Positions 18,917 through 29,023 of a stretch of DNA of 64,000 bases are shown here, one piece after another; position 1 is the stretch's first letter; each line of letters begins with the position of its first letter. Both the position numbers and the translations under genes were made by a program. Source of the DNA: Verrucomicrobiota bacterium (GTDB taxonomy: Bacteria; Verrucomicrobiota; Verrucomicrobiia; Limisphaerales; JACDHS01); assembly GCA_013820875.1 (NCBI GenBank), contig JACDHS010000001.1, positions 87,154-151,153 on the forward strand. Direction: 5' to 3'. The notes under the pieces were generated by a model. It was not told the DNA's origin. It made no database searches and worked only from the letters and a program-made list of their open reading frames with translations.

Positions 18917-18957
18917 AAGCTATGGAAACAACACAAGTTCTGCCCCCTGACTTCAAG

Positions 18958-18993
18958 GCAAAAAAAGAGGCTGGGAACACAAGTTCCCAGCCT
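18958..18993 (-). terminator. Rho-independent terminator of the M23 peptidase gene
   Basis: aggctgggaac (18968-18978) / acaa / gttcccagcct (18983-18993) forms an 11-bp perfect stem. The + strand A-run at 18958-18967 becomes a T-run after the hairpin on the minus strand. Confidence 0.65.
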
Positions 18994-19036
18994 TTGCAGA
19001 ATTTAACTTTTAGCAATCAGACTCGAACCGAGTCTA

Positions 19037-20035
19037 TTATTCCCAGCGAATGGCATCAGCCATCACAACGTAACCGGTCGTTGTCCAGCAGGACAGTTTG
19101 ACGTTTTGGGAACCACCCATGCTCCAGGTGCCGAGAGTCTGCCATGAACCACCATTGACTTGTTGGTTCTTGTTGACGGTCGTTGTTCCACCACCATGAC
19201 TAACGATATAGGGAGCGGAGGACGAACGATTCGAGCCAGCCGGCCACCATGCTCTCACGGTCCATGAAGCACTAGTATTGAGAGACGTAACCCAAGTGGC
19301 AGGTTCGCTGACAGGAGCGGTGCTCTTGAAGCGATAATCTGCGCCATGTTTATCAGTGGCAGAAGTACCTGTGGACCAGGTTCCAATAACACTGAAACCA
19401 CTGGCGTTGTTATCGACCGTACGAGCGGTTTTGCTGGTGCCACCCTGGCAGGTGGTCGATGGGCTCCCACTGCCCTGGTTTACCCAGAAGCTTATTGGTC
19501 CGCCACAGGCGCCGCTGTAAGGATCATCAGCCGTGCCGTTCACACGCACTTCGAAGTGGAGATGAAATCCAGTCGAACTGCCGGACGTGCCCACACCGCC
19601 GATCTGCTCGCCGCAAGCAATGCTCGATCCAACTGCCTTCGTGGTGACAGAACCTTTGGTCATATGCGCATAGTAAGACATGTAGCCACTCGAGTGGGCG
19701 AGGCGAACATAATTTCCAAAGCCACCACCATCAGGACTGCCGCGGTAGCCATCGCCGAACCCATCAATCTTATAGCTCAATGTGCCAACGGCGCCGGCAA
19801 AAATGGCGCGACCGCGAGGGCCTCCGGAGTAGTCGGTGCCGCGATGGCCATTATAGGTTTCGGTGCCACATTTCCAATCGGAAATCCCGGAAGAGGAGTT
19901 GTTGTCGTAATAGTAATGAACTGAAGTGTCTGAGGACAACGGAAGGCGGAACTTCGGCTGGGCCTCCGCTGAAGACGCCAACATGAATGTGGCGCATAAA
20001 AGGCCACCGACTATACTTAGTTTGATTATTTTCAT
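19037..20035 (-). CDS. Secreted M23-family metallopeptidase with a C-terminal ~125-aa beta-rich domain (golvesin C-terminal-like)
   Basis: Signal peptide. M23 motifs HRGTDY and GFHLHFEV. The C-terminal block VDNNASGFSVIGTWSTGTSATDKHGADYRFK...YVVMADAIRWE is also present twice in the 60624-63740 protein. Confidence 0.9.
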   Translation of the reverse strand: MKIIKLSIVGGLLCATFMLASSAEAQPKFRLPLSSDTSVHYYYDNNSSSGISDWKCGTETYNGHRGTDYSGGPRGRAIFAGAVGTLSYKIDGFGDGYRGSPDGGGFGNYVRLAHSSGYMSYYAHMTKGSVTTKAVGSSIACGEQIGGVGTSGSSTGFHLHFEVRVNGTADDPYSGACGGPISFWVNQGSGSPSTTCQGGTSKTARTVDNNASGFSVIGTWSTGTSATDKHGADYRFKSTAPVSEPATWVTSLNTSASWTVRAWWPAGSNRSSSAPYIVSHGGGTTTVNKNQQVNGGSWQTLGTWSMGGSQNVKLSCWTTTGYVVMADAIRWE

Positions 20036-20065
20036 TTGTTTTTTGATGAGTTTCGTTGGTGTTAT

Positions 20066-21148
20066 TCAGGGTAATGTGTATTCAACCGGCTCAACCCGGC
20101 CTCCGTTTTGTCGCAGTGAAACAATGGTCCGACCGTCTGCTGCCCAGCGTGGATCAACGCCCTCTCCCAATTTTTTCGCGCCCTTGAAATTTCCTTTGGC
20201 GTCGAATTCCAAGCCCCAGATCTCTTCCTGCTCTCCGTTTTTGAAATCGTAAATGAACCATCGTTTGTCATCCGACCAGAGGGTTCGATCATACGGTGTG
20301 GGAACGAAGAGGTCGTTGACCTGTTCCATACCAAGATTGGTCACCTGCTCGGGTTGTCCGCCATCAGCAGAAACTTTCCAGAACGAAGCCAGGCCGGATC
20401 GTGCTCCGCTGACGAAAAGAATCCACTCATCAGAGGGATCGAAGTGCGGGCGAACATCGTCCCACTTGCCGTCGGTGAGCTTTTTGATTTCCCCTGAATT
20501 CAAATCGAATACCGAAAGTCCCAACACCTCAGGCATGTGGACTGGACGATCTTCGGCCACCTGCGCAAAGACAAGAGCCGCGCTATCCGAACGCCAGTTG
20601 GGTTCATAAGCCCGCTCGACGCTCGCTACCTTGTCTCCCGCCAGGTCTTCCACATGCAACACACAGTCCGCAGTGGTGTAGGCTATCTTTTTCCCGTCCG
20701 GTGAAAATTGCGCGCGAAAAACGTCATCCGAAATCAATCGTTCCTTGCCGGACTCATCCTGGATCCATAAATCCCACCCGGCTGCAGCGTCCGAATCTGG
20801 AACAAAATTTTTGCTGGAAGCTTTGGAAAGAAGGAAACGATTTGCATTGGCCGCTTTGTCGAACAGATACAGGTAGTTGCCCATCGGTTCACCATCGGGT
20901 CGAAACGATTCTGCCAATTGACGTGCCGTGCGCAAACGGGGGTCTGTTTCAGCAGCGTGAGCCGCGTGATCGTGCCCTTCAGAATGGTTCTCATGTGCAT
21001 GGCGACGATTCAGGAAAAAGCCGACAACCAGCACAAGAATGATAGTCATCAATATCCAACGGAAGGCCAGCTTGTTACGGCTCTTCGAACGAGTACAGGA
21101 AGGTTCTCTGCTCATAAATTGTGTGGGACTTGGGCAGATGTGTAGCAA
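20066..21148 (-). CDS. Membrane-anchored TolB-like (PD40/WD40-like beta-propeller) protein
   Basis: The TM helix ILMTIILVLVVGFFL is followed by PD40-like repeats (FSPDGKKIAYT, WRSDSAALVFA, PHFDPSDEWILFVS, WSDDKRWFIY, PRWAADGRTIV). The start is ambiguous: M1 at 21148 or M12 at 21115. Confidence 0.7.
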   Translation of the reverse strand: MLHICPSPTQFMSREPSCTRSKSRNKLAFRWILMTIILVLVVGFFLNRRHAHENHSEGHDHAAHAAETDPRLRTARQLAESFRPDGEPMGNYLYLFDKAANANRFLLSKASSKNFVPDSDAAAGWDLWIQDESGKERLISDDVFRAQFSPDGKKIAYTTADCVLHVEDLAGDKVASVERAYEPNWRSDSAALVFAQVAEDRPVHMPEVLGLSVFDLNSGEIKKLTDGKWDDVRPHFDPSDEWILFVSGARSGLASFWKVSADGGQPEQVTNLGMEQVNDLFVPTPYDRTLWSDDKRWFIYDFKNGEQEEIWGLEFDAKGNFKGAKKLGEGVDPRWAADGRTIVSLRQNGGRVEPVEYTLP

Positions 21149-21276
21149 ATTGGGACAGGAAAAACAATCCGGGAAGTCCTATATCAATCATAAGGGTAAA
21201 CAGGGGATTGCTGACATTCAGCACGGAACCGGCAAAACAATTGACTTTCAAGCAGCATTTGAGTGCATTTTGTTGA

Positions 21277-24200
21277 ATGGGTTTCAGCAACCGTCCGCTC
21301 CTCGCCATCGCCGCTCTTTTATTCGCAGGATCCTGTGCGTCCGCCGCGGAGTTTACTTTAAACAATGTGAATTTCACGGTACCGGATGGATTCACGATCG
21401 AAACGGCTGCGGAACCGCCGCTGGTCGGGTATCCGATGATGGCATGTTTCGATGAGCGCGGTCGTTTGTTCATCGCCGAAGCGGCCGGCACGAACGGCAC
21501 GATGGATGTGCTCGAACGGTTGCAGCCGAACTTTATCCGGATGCTGGAAGACACCAATGGCGACGGCAAATTCGACAAAAGCACAATTTTCGCAGACAAA
21601 TTGCAGATTCCGAACGGCGCCCTCTGGCACAAGGGCTCGCTCTATGTCGCTGAACCGCCCGGCATCTGGCGTTACACAGATACGAACGATGATGGCGTAG
21701 CCGATGTGCGCGAACATATTGCGGGAAAAGTGAAGTCCAACGGCATGTCTTCCACGCTGCACGGCCCGGTGCTTGGCCCAACCGGAGTCTTATTCTGGTG
21801 CGGTGGCCAAAGTGGTTATGCACTGGATAAAGATGGAACTGCGCCCAATTACCGCATTACTCCCGGCGTGTTCACCTTGCGAACGGATGGAAGCGAGCAT
21901 GAAGTTTTTTCTGTTGGAGGTCTCGCAAACCCGGTCGAAGTGACGTTCAGCCCGGAAGGTGAGGTGTTCGGTACGGTTGATATTCTCGATCGCCCAGAGG
22001 GGGCGCGACATGATGCGCTCATGCACTGGGTGTATGGCGGCACCTACAATGTGAATGCCAACGATAAGAATCCCCTCAAGCGCACTGGCGACTACCTGCC
22101 GCCCCTCAGCCATGTCGGACAAGTGGCTCCTGCCGGGCTGACGAGCTACCGGGGAACGCAATGGGGTGATGAGTTTCGCAACAATATTTTCTGGGCACAA
22201 TTCAACACCTTTAAAGTAGTACGGACTCAGATTGAGCGGCACGGCGCCACCTTCAAATCCCAGGACGAGGATTTCCTGGTCGCTGATAATGTGGATGTTC
22301 ATTTCACTGATGTCCTGGAAGATGCCGATGGAAGTCTCCTGGTTATCAACACTGGTGGTTGGTTTCGTCATGGATGTCCAACTTCCCAGATCGCCAAGCC
22401 GGAAGTGAAAGGCGGAATCTATCGCATTCGCCGCACCGATAGTAAGCCGGTGGAAGACGCGCGTGGACTGAAGATCAACTGGGCAAAGCTCAAGGAGCGT
22501 GAGCTTTGCGACTTGCTGACTGATTCGCGCCTCGTAGTGGAAGAACGGGCGATCTCCACATTGGCAGATCGAGGTAAGAAAGCCGTTTCCGAGCTAAAGA
22601 ACATTTTGAGCAGCAGCAAATCCGTTCAGGCGCGACGCAATGCAGTGTGGAGTTTGTCACGGATGAATGCCGCACCGGCGACTGCCGTGATTCGCAGGGC
22701 ACTGAATGATACAAACAGCAGTGTGCGACAGTCCGCGGTTCACGCGCTTGGAATGTTGCGCGATGGAGAATCCGTTGCCGCATTAAGCAAGATCGTGGTG
22801 GAAGATGCAGAAGCCTCAATCCGCCGGGAAGCAGCCACCGCACTGGGACGAACCGGAAAGGCAGAAGCCGTTCCTCATTTACTGAAAGCATTGCGCAGTC
22901 AGAACGACCGGTTTCTCGAACATTCTCTTATTTACGCATTGATCCAAATCGGAGAACCAAAAAAGACGGAAGCAGGGCTCGCCGATTCCAACGACAGGGT
23001 GCGTCGAGGCGCATTGATTGCTTTGAACCAGATGGATGGCGCGCAACTCAGCCGGGAACAGATTGCTCCCATGCTCTCCTCCCGCGATTTCGAATTGCGG
23101 AAAGCAGCCTTTCAAATTGCTGTCAAAAACCCTGAGTGGAGCGGCGACATCGCCTCCGCAATCCATGATTGGATACAGCAAGCTTCCACCGAAGATGAGC
23201 TTTCCTTCCTGGGCGAAGCCATTAGCTCGCAAGCCGCGGATGATTCAGTCCAACGAGTCGTTTCCGAAACGCTTTTGAACGATGCCACTCCCGAACCAGT
23301 TCTGCTCACTTTGCTCGAGTCCATCCGTCGTCATAACCCAAAAGCAAAACAGTTCCCGCAACCATGGAGCAAGGCAGTGGAACATCGTTTGCACAAAGGG
23401 ACTCTTGAATCGCGCCTGGCAGCGGTGGCAGTCGTGCGGGATCGCGGGTTGAACCAATTCGACAACCTGCTCAAGCAACTCGTCAAAACTGAAAAGAGGC
23501 CGAAACTGCGCATCGCATTCATCTCAATCCTGGCGCCTCGTCTATCCCCTGTGGACGAAGAGTCTTTCAGTTTGCTCATGGCCAACGTTCAAGGTGAAGC
23601 CAGTCCCCTGCTCCGCCTGGATGCGGCGAGGACGATGACAAGCTTGAAGCTCTCCGAGCAACAACTCACCACACTGGCCGGCGCCTTGTCCCAAGTGGAT
23701 CCGCTCGCGCTGCCGACATTGCTCCAATCTTTTGCACGGAACACCAACGATCTCGTTGGACTCGCGCTCATATCCGGTCTTGAAAAGGCTCCTGCAGCCG
23801 CAAACCTTTCCAGCGACGAACTGGCCCGCATTTTCAACAAATTTTCTTCGACGGTTGTATTCGCCGCACAATCTCTGCTCAAAAAGCTCGGCGCTGACCT
23901 CGAGGAACAGGAAAAACATATCGAACAGTTGCTGGCGGGAATGAGCGGTGGGGATTTCAGCCGGGGTAAAACTGTTTTCTTTGGCAAACAAGCCGCCTGC
24001 TCAGCCTGCCATCGCGTCAGCGGCCAGGGTGGACTCGCCGGACCGAACCTGAGCCAGATCGGAAAAATTCGCAATGAACGGGATCTGTTGGAATCCATTA
24101 TTTATCCCAGCGCCAGCATTGTTCAGGGCTACCATCCCTACACGATTGAAACGGAGAATGATTTCGTTTATAGCGGCATCATCACTCGACAAACGCCCGA

Positions 24201-24366
24201 CGCGGTGTGGATCCGGGGCACTGACCTCGTGGAAACCAAAGTGGAACAAAAACAGATCAAGAGCATGACCGAATCCTCCCTTTCCACCATGCCACAAGGC
24301 CTCGCCGATTCACTAACACAGGAACAATTACAGGATCTGATGGCTTTCCTGCGGAATTTAAAATGA
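21277..24366 (+). CDS. PVC-type haem-binding CxxCH protein, paralogue 2 (dehydrogenase domain + HEAT repeats + cytochrome c domain)
   Basis: FTVPDGFTIETAAEPPLVGYPMMACFDERGRLFIAEAAG and EDTNGDGKFDKS. HEAT repeats (VRQSAVHALGMLRDGESVAAL...IRREAATALGRTG). The C-terminus has CSACHRVSGQGGLAGPNL. Confidence 0.85.
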   Translation: MGFSNRPLLAIAALLFAGSCASAAEFTLNNVNFTVPDGFTIETAAEPPLVGYPMMACFDERGRLFIAEAAGTNGTMDVLERLQPNFIRMLEDTNGDGKFDKSTIFADKLQIPNGALWHKGSLYVAEPPGIWRYTDTNDDGVADVREHIAGKVKSNGMSSTLHGPVLGPTGVLFWCGGQSGYALDKDGTAPNYRITPGVFTLRTDGSEHEVFSVGGLANPVEVTFSPEGEVFGTVDILDRPEGARHDALMHWVYGGTYNVNANDKNPLKRTGDYLPPLSHVGQVAPAGLTSYRGTQWGDEFRNNIFWAQFNTFKVVRTQIERHGATFKSQDEDFLVADNVDVHFTDVLEDADGSLLVINTGGWFRHGCPTSQIAKPEVKGGIYRIRRTDSKPVEDARGLKINWAKLKERELCDLLTDSRLVVEERAISTLADRGKKAVSELKNILSSSKSVQARRNAVWSLSRMNAAPATAVIRRALNDTNSSVRQSAVHALGMLRDGESVAALSKIVVEDAEASIRREAATALGRTGKAEAVPHLLKALRSQNDRFLEHSLIYALIQIGEPKKTEAGLADSNDRVRRGALIALNQMDGAQLSREQIAPMLSSRDFELRKAAFQIAVKNPEWSGDIASAIHDWIQQASTEDELSFLGEAISSQAADDSVQRVVSETLLNDATPEPVLLTLLESIRRHNPKAKQFPQPWSKAVEHRLHKGTLESRLAAVAVVRDRGLNQFDNLLKQLVKTEKRPKLRIAFISILAPRLSPVDEESFSLLMANVQGEASPLLRLDAARTMTSLKLSEQQLTTLAGALSQVDPLALPTLLQSFARNTNDLVGLALISGLEKAPAAANLSSDELARIFNKFSSTVVFAAQSLLKKLGADLEEQEKHIEQLLAGMSGGDFSRGKTVFFGKQAACSACHRVSGQGGLAGPNLSQIGKIRNERDLLESIIYPSASIVQGYHPYTIETENDFVYSGIITRQTPDAVWIRGTDLVETKVEQKQIKSMTESSLSTMPQGLADSLTQEQLQDLMAFLRNLK

Positions 24367-24373
24367 CAGAGAG

Positions 24374-25153
24374 TTAGTAATAGTCCTGGTAAGTGGTGAC
24401 TTTCTTAGCTGCGGCGTGGCCATCGAAATAAAAGAAGTTGCGGACAGAACCGTGGACAGGAATTTTTGCAACTCCGTCCACTTTATTCCTGCCATTATTG
24501 CCACTGCCCAACCCGGATGGATTGTTTACAGCCTTTTGATCGAAGTCAGCCAGAACCATCACCAAACTTGGATTAGGTATGCTGCTCATTTTGCTGGCGG
24601 GCTCACTCGCGCTGGACTTGCCGAAGGGTAAAAAGCTCAGTTGATAACTTGCATTCGATTGATTACGTAACGAGCAGTAGGAATACGCATTGGCGTAGTC
24701 GTCTGATTTTGGCACATAGCCAGCATCAGAGAGCCTGGGCATCCCGAGATCATAACTCGGACAGACCAGGACTCGCGCAACGTGAAGGGTGCCGTCCGGC
24801 AGACTACCTGGCTTCGGCGCTCCAATATAGGGAGCGAGATAGTAGGCCAGATATTTCTTATAATTCGATGTGCCCACCCCATTGTTATAGGCTGGCGATT
24901 GCAATTGATCGAGACCGATGGGATTTGCTCCCGCTCCAGGCGGCAACCAGTCGTTATAGTCATCGGTATACATCCGAAGGGCCGTCGCCATTTGTTTGAA
25001 ATTGGAAATACACTTGATCCGATTCGCTTTCTCTTTTGCCTTCGCTAACGCTGGCAACAGCATCCCGGCGAGAATCGCGATAATTGCAATAACTACGAGC
25101 AGTTCGATGAGCGTAAAAGCGGATAACTTATGATGTTGTTTTTTGAAGTGCAT
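24374..25153 (-). CDS. Prepilin-type N-terminal cleavage/methylation domain protein with H-X9-DG motif (DUF1559-like)
   Basis: An internal start gives [48 protein letters not shown] (ATG = complement of 25151-25153). The C-terminal [12 protein letters not shown] matches H-X9-DG exactly. Confidence 0.85.
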   Translation of the reverse strand: MHFKKQHHKLSAFTLIELLVVIAIIAILAGMLLPALAKAKEKANRIKCISNFKQMATALRMYTDDYNDWLPPGAGANPIGLDQLQSPAYNNGVGTSNYKKYLAYYLAPYIGAPKPGSLPDGTLHVARVLVCPSYDLGMPRLSDAGYVPKSDDYANAYSYCSLRNQSNASYQLSFLPFGKSSASEPASKMSSIPNPSLVMVLADFDQKAVNNPSGLGSGNNGRNKVDGVAKIPVHGSVRNFFYFDGHAAAKKVTTYQDYY

Positions 25154-25656
25154 AAACGATGACACACGTTGCCCACTCGATATAACTCGCGCTTGAGAAC
25201 CTTGCGAATTCTCGCTGTCGGTCCGAAACAATGAATTGGCTGAACGCATTAACATAAGGGCTGTGTTGTGCTATCAGATTAAATAAACGGCACATCAACG
25301 TCATCCCTCTCCTTTTGCAATATCACTTGAAAAAAACGCACCAAGCCAATTGGTTGGTGACACTTTTCGATACTGTCATAGTTTCTCAAATTTATGCGCC
25401 GGTGTAAATACAAGTCGGAACCTGAACAAGCGGTGTGATTCCAAGTGGTGGGCAATTTAGGTCTGGAACTCTGGGGGGTGTGCATGAAGATTCCGCTAGG
25501 TCATGGACTCTGACCGCCAATTCGAATCAAACCCCAGGAAATCGAAATGCAAAAGTTGCACCCACTTTCAGGACGGGAAATGCAGAATTATCAAAGCCAA
25601 TTGCAAACAATCATCCGTTACCGCAATGCCTGTTCTGCTAGTTTTAAAGTAACTTT

Positions 25657-26928
25657 ATGACAGGCCATTTGCAGTTAGGAAAATATTCCATTGGTGTCGG
25701 AGATCGCTTTGCACAACAGGCTCAGGCGCAATTGCGGGCCTGTGTCCTTGCGTCGCAGCAAGGTGTTGAAGTCACTCCCGTTTGGAATAAATCGAATCGC
25801 GAACATCTGATCGTCGGTTCTGATCCCTGCACGGTGCGCTCGGCCGCGGCAACGGCGGTTTGCGAATTGGACTGGCGTTTGCAATGGCACGTCGATGCCG
25901 ACCACATCCGTCTCGATTCTGTGGACCGTTTTCTCCCGCACGCCGACTTCTACACAATCGATGTCGCGGATTCCATCGGCAAGCGGCTGTCGGATGAAGC
26001 CATTCAATCGTTTGCCAATCGCCATCTCGAACTGTTGGGAACAATTGAAGTACCCGGAATCGAAGATAGTTTTCATGCGACACGCGCGGAACTGGAGGCG
26101 ATCGCGGCGAAATATTTATTTGCCGTCCAGGAGGTCGGCACGATTTATCGTCATATCGCAAAAAACAAAGGTGAAGGATGTTTCATTACTGAAGTTTCGA
26201 TGGACGAGACGGATCAACCGCAAACACCGCTGGAATTGCTCGTCATTCTGGCCGCGCTCGCCGACGAAAAGATTCCATTGCAAACTATCGCCCCAAAATT
26301 TACGGGACGGTTCAACAAGGGAGTCGATTACGTGGGCGACGTCGCGAAATTCGAACAGGAATTTAACGATGATCTGGCTGTAATCCGTATGGGGGTGGAG
26401 CGCTATGGACTTCCGAACAATTTGAAACTGAGCGTCCATTCTGGCAGCGATAAATTTTCCATTTATCCCGCGATACGGCGCGCGCTCCGAAAACATGGCG
26501 CCGGATTGCATGTGAAGACTGCCGGAACAACCTGGCTCGAAGAGTTGATTGGCCTGGCCGAAGGAAGCGAAGAAGGATTGGCACTCGCGAAGAAGGTTTA
26601 TACAGAATCGCTCGAGCACATGGATGATCTGTGCGCTCCTTACGCTACGGTGATTGAAATTGATCGCGCGAAATTGCCGGGGGCGGATGTCGTTGCGAAA
26701 TGGTCTGCCCAGGAATATGTCTCTGCTCTACGGCACGATCAAACTTGCAAAGCTTTCAATCCGCATCTGCGGCAACTGCTTCACGTCGGCTACAAAGTCG
26801 CCGCGAAAATGGGCAGCGAGTACCTGAGCACCGTGCAACGAAGCAACGGCGCAATCGCCCGGAACGTGACGCAGAATTTGTTCGACCGTCATATCGTGCC
26901 GTTGTTTATTTGCGATTCTGGAGATTGA
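25657..26928 (+). CDS. uxaE: Tagaturonate/fructuronate epimerase UxaE-family protein
   Basis: The blocks HVDADH, EVSMDETDQPQTPLE, FTGRFNKGVDYVGDVAKFEQEF, LSVHSGSDKFSIYPA and LHVKTAGTTWLE line up with my recollection of the Thermotoga maritima UxaE sequence (EVSVDETETPTSP, FIGEWEKGIDYKGDLAQFEREI, SLHSGSDKFSVYPA, FHVKTAGTSYLE). Confidence 0.75.
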   Translation: MTGHLQLGKYSIGVGDRFAQQAQAQLRACVLASQQGVEVTPVWNKSNREHLIVGSDPCTVRSAAATAVCELDWRLQWHVDADHIRLDSVDRFLPHADFYTIDVADSIGKRLSDEAIQSFANRHLELLGTIEVPGIEDSFHATRAELEAIAAKYLFAVQEVGTIYRHIAKNKGEGCFITEVSMDETDQPQTPLELLVILAALADEKIPLQTIAPKFTGRFNKGVDYVGDVAKFEQEFNDDLAVIRMGVERYGLPNNLKLSVHSGSDKFSIYPAIRRALRKHGAGLHVKTAGTTWLEELIGLAEGSEEGLALAKKVYTESLEHMDDLCAPYATVIEIDRAKLPGADVVAKWSAQEYVSALRHDQTCKAFNPHLRQLLHVGYKVAAKMGSEYLSTVQRSNGAIARNVTQNLFDRHIVPLFICDSGD

Positions 26929-27069
26929 TTGGCTCTGATGCCGTTATCCCGCCGAAGTGTAGTTATGTGTTGAGCGTTGAAGGTGAGACATTTGCCATAG
27001 AAGCCAGTGGGTTCCTGGTGGGAATGCCTGCTCACTGGGAGATGAAGACCTATTCGTCGCTTCGCAGCA

Positions 27070-28365
27070 TCACTTCAACAGTCCGAGCAACTTCGGCAGC
27101 CAGAGCGACAACCACGGAATGAAAGTGATGAGCAGCAGCCCTACCACCATCGCACCGTAAAACGGGAGCATCGCGCGAGAGACGGACATGATGTTCGAGC
27201 GCCCCACGCTGCAACCCAGAAAAAGACAGGTGCCCACCGGCGGCGTGCATAATCCGATGCAAAGATTTGCAATCAAAATGATGCCGAAATGAACAGGATC
27301 GATGCCGAGTTGGATTGCTACGGGCAAAAAGATCGGAGTAAAAACAAGGATCGCCGGCGTCATGTCCATGAATGTTCCCACCACCAGCAGGATGAGATTG
27401 ATCGTCAGCAGAATCAGGAGCGGGTTATTCGAAAGTCCGAGCAGCGCGTTGCTGACCATTTGCGGCACTTGTTCCTGAGTAAGAATTCGGCTCATCGCCA
27501 GGCTCGCCGCCACGAGCAAGAGAACGATCCCGGTCGTGCGGCCAGATTTAAGCAAAACCTGCGGCAAAGCTTTCAACGGAATTTCGCGATAGAAAATAAC
27601 CCCCAGTAAAAAGGCCCAGAGCACGGCAACCGCTGATGCCTCGGTCGCCGTAAAAATTCCCCCGAGAATTCCGCCCAGCACAAAAACGATGAGCAACAAG
27701 CTCGGAAACGCGCGCACGGCGGAACGGAACAACGGCGGAACGGTTCCAAGCGCCGAGCCGTAATTATTCGACCCACTCAAAATCACGCAAACCACCATAA
27801 TTAAAAAACCAATGAGAATGCCGGGCACAATTCCAGCCATGAACAATGCGCCAATCGAAATGTTCGTTGCCACGACTGCGTAAACGATCATCACGTTGCT
27901 GGGCGGAATCAACAGGCCGGTCGTCGCCGCGCTCACGGTGACGGCAATGTTGAAGTTTTTTGGATAGCCGTTGCGGTTCATTTCGGGAATGAGCGTGCTG
28001 CCGATGGATGAAACCGCCGCCGCCGCTGAACCGGAAATTGCGCCGAAAAACATGCATGTGAGCGTGTTCACCAGGGCCAATCCTCCTCTTGTGCGACCGA
28101 CCAATGCGGCGGCGAAATCGATTAATCGCCGCGCCAAACCTCCGGCGCCCATCAAGTCACCGGCGAGAATGAAAAATGGAATCGCAAGCAAAGCAAAACT
28201 GTCGAGGCCATTGCCGAGGTCACGCGCGACACTCAGTAAAACTGAATCGTATCCAAGTGCAAAGGCTGCAAGCACGGCAGCAATTCCAATCACGAATGCA
28301 ATGGGCGTTTGGAGCAGCAACAATGCAGCGAAGACGACAACGAGGATGAGAATGCCAGGGCTCAT
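27070..28365 (-). CDS. dctM: TRAP transporter large permease subunit
   Basis: A 431-aa polytopic membrane protein with a typical DctM N-terminus (ILILVVVFAALLLLQTPIAFVIG) and GG-rich helices. A 4-nt overlap with the upstream small subunit gene is typical. Confidence 0.9.
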   Translation of the reverse strand: MSPGILILVVVFAALLLLQTPIAFVIGIAAVLAAFALGYDSVLLSVARDLGNGLDSFALLAIPFFILAGDLMGAGGLARRLIDFAAALVGRTRGGLALVNTLTCMFFGAISGSAAAAVSSIGSTLIPEMNRNGYPKNFNIAVTVSAATTGLLIPPSNVMIVYAVVATNISIGALFMAGIVPGILIGFLIMVVCVILSGSNNYGSALGTVPPLFRSAVRAFPSLLLIVFVLGGILGGIFTATEASAVAVLWAFLLGVIFYREIPLKALPQVLLKSGRTTGIVLLLVAASLAMSRILTQEQVPQMVSNALLGLSNNPLLILLTINLILLVVGTFMDMTPAILVFTPIFLPVAIQLGIDPVHFGIILIANLCIGLCTPPVGTCLFLGCSVGRSNIMSVSRAMLPFYGAMVVGLLLITFIPWLSLWLPKLLGLLK

Positions 28366-28877
28366 TCAGCTTCTGTGTCAGGTGAACTTCCGGTATCAGT
28401 CATACGTCCGAGTGCTGTCGCAATCGCGGCGTCCAATGAAAAAAGGGAAATCAACAAACCACTAACCGGTAGCGATAAATAAAACCACGCCTTCTTGATC
28501 TCCAGCGCGGACATCGTCTGTCCGGAATTCCAACGGTCCACAAACAATGCGGTGCCGCCATAGACCATCACGCCCGCTGCGAAACCAAGCACGGCAAGGT
28601 GTGTGACAAAATTCGCCATTCGTCGCGCATGCGGATCAAGCGATCTTGTGACGATGTCCATACCGAGATGTTTATTGTCAATGTAGGCGAGCGCAGCGCC
28701 AATCATCGCCAGCCAGACCAGAAGGAATCTCGCGAGTTCCTCTGTCCAATAAGCTTGATGCCCCAGGATGTATCGCGTGGCGACACCCCAGAGAACATCG
28801 ATGACGAGCAGGGAAAAAATCAGAACACAAAGATAACCGAGCAAGCGCGCTGCGAAATGTTTGATGAGCCCAGTCAT
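28362..28877 (-). CDS. dctQ: TRAP transporter small permease subunit
   Basis: 171 aa with 4 predicted TM helices. It sits immediately upstream of dctM and overlaps it. Confidence 0.85.
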   Translation of the reverse strand: MTGLIKHFAARLLGYLCVLIFSLLVIDVLWGVATRYILGHQAYWTEELARFLLVWLAMIGAALAYIDNKHLGMDIVTRSLDPHARRMANFVTHLAVLGFAAGVMVYGGTALFVDRWNSGQTMSALEIKKAWFYLSLPVSGLLISLFSLDAAIATALGRMTDTGSSPDTEAE

Positions 28878-29023
28878 CGCAGGAAGGGGAAAGTGAGTAA
28901 ATGGGCTATTGAGAAAGCGGAAGGGAACATCCTTGATTGCTTACTTTTCCACGTTCTCCCTTTCCTGCTTTCAGAGTCGCTCGCCAGGTTTGCTTGCATT
29001 GAATCGTTCATGAAAACATTCAT

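Noticed and set aside
25330-25350. Near-palindrome caccaagccaattggttggtg upstream of the pilin-like gene and uxaE as an operator
   Set aside because: The outer and inner dyads are out of register by half a base pair, and it occurs only once. That is too little to call a binding site.
26929-27069. Possible terminator between the convergent uxaE and dctM genes (ccagtgggttcc...cactgg)
   Set aside because: The stem is short and interrupted and has no flanking T-run on either strand, so it is not reportable as a terminator.
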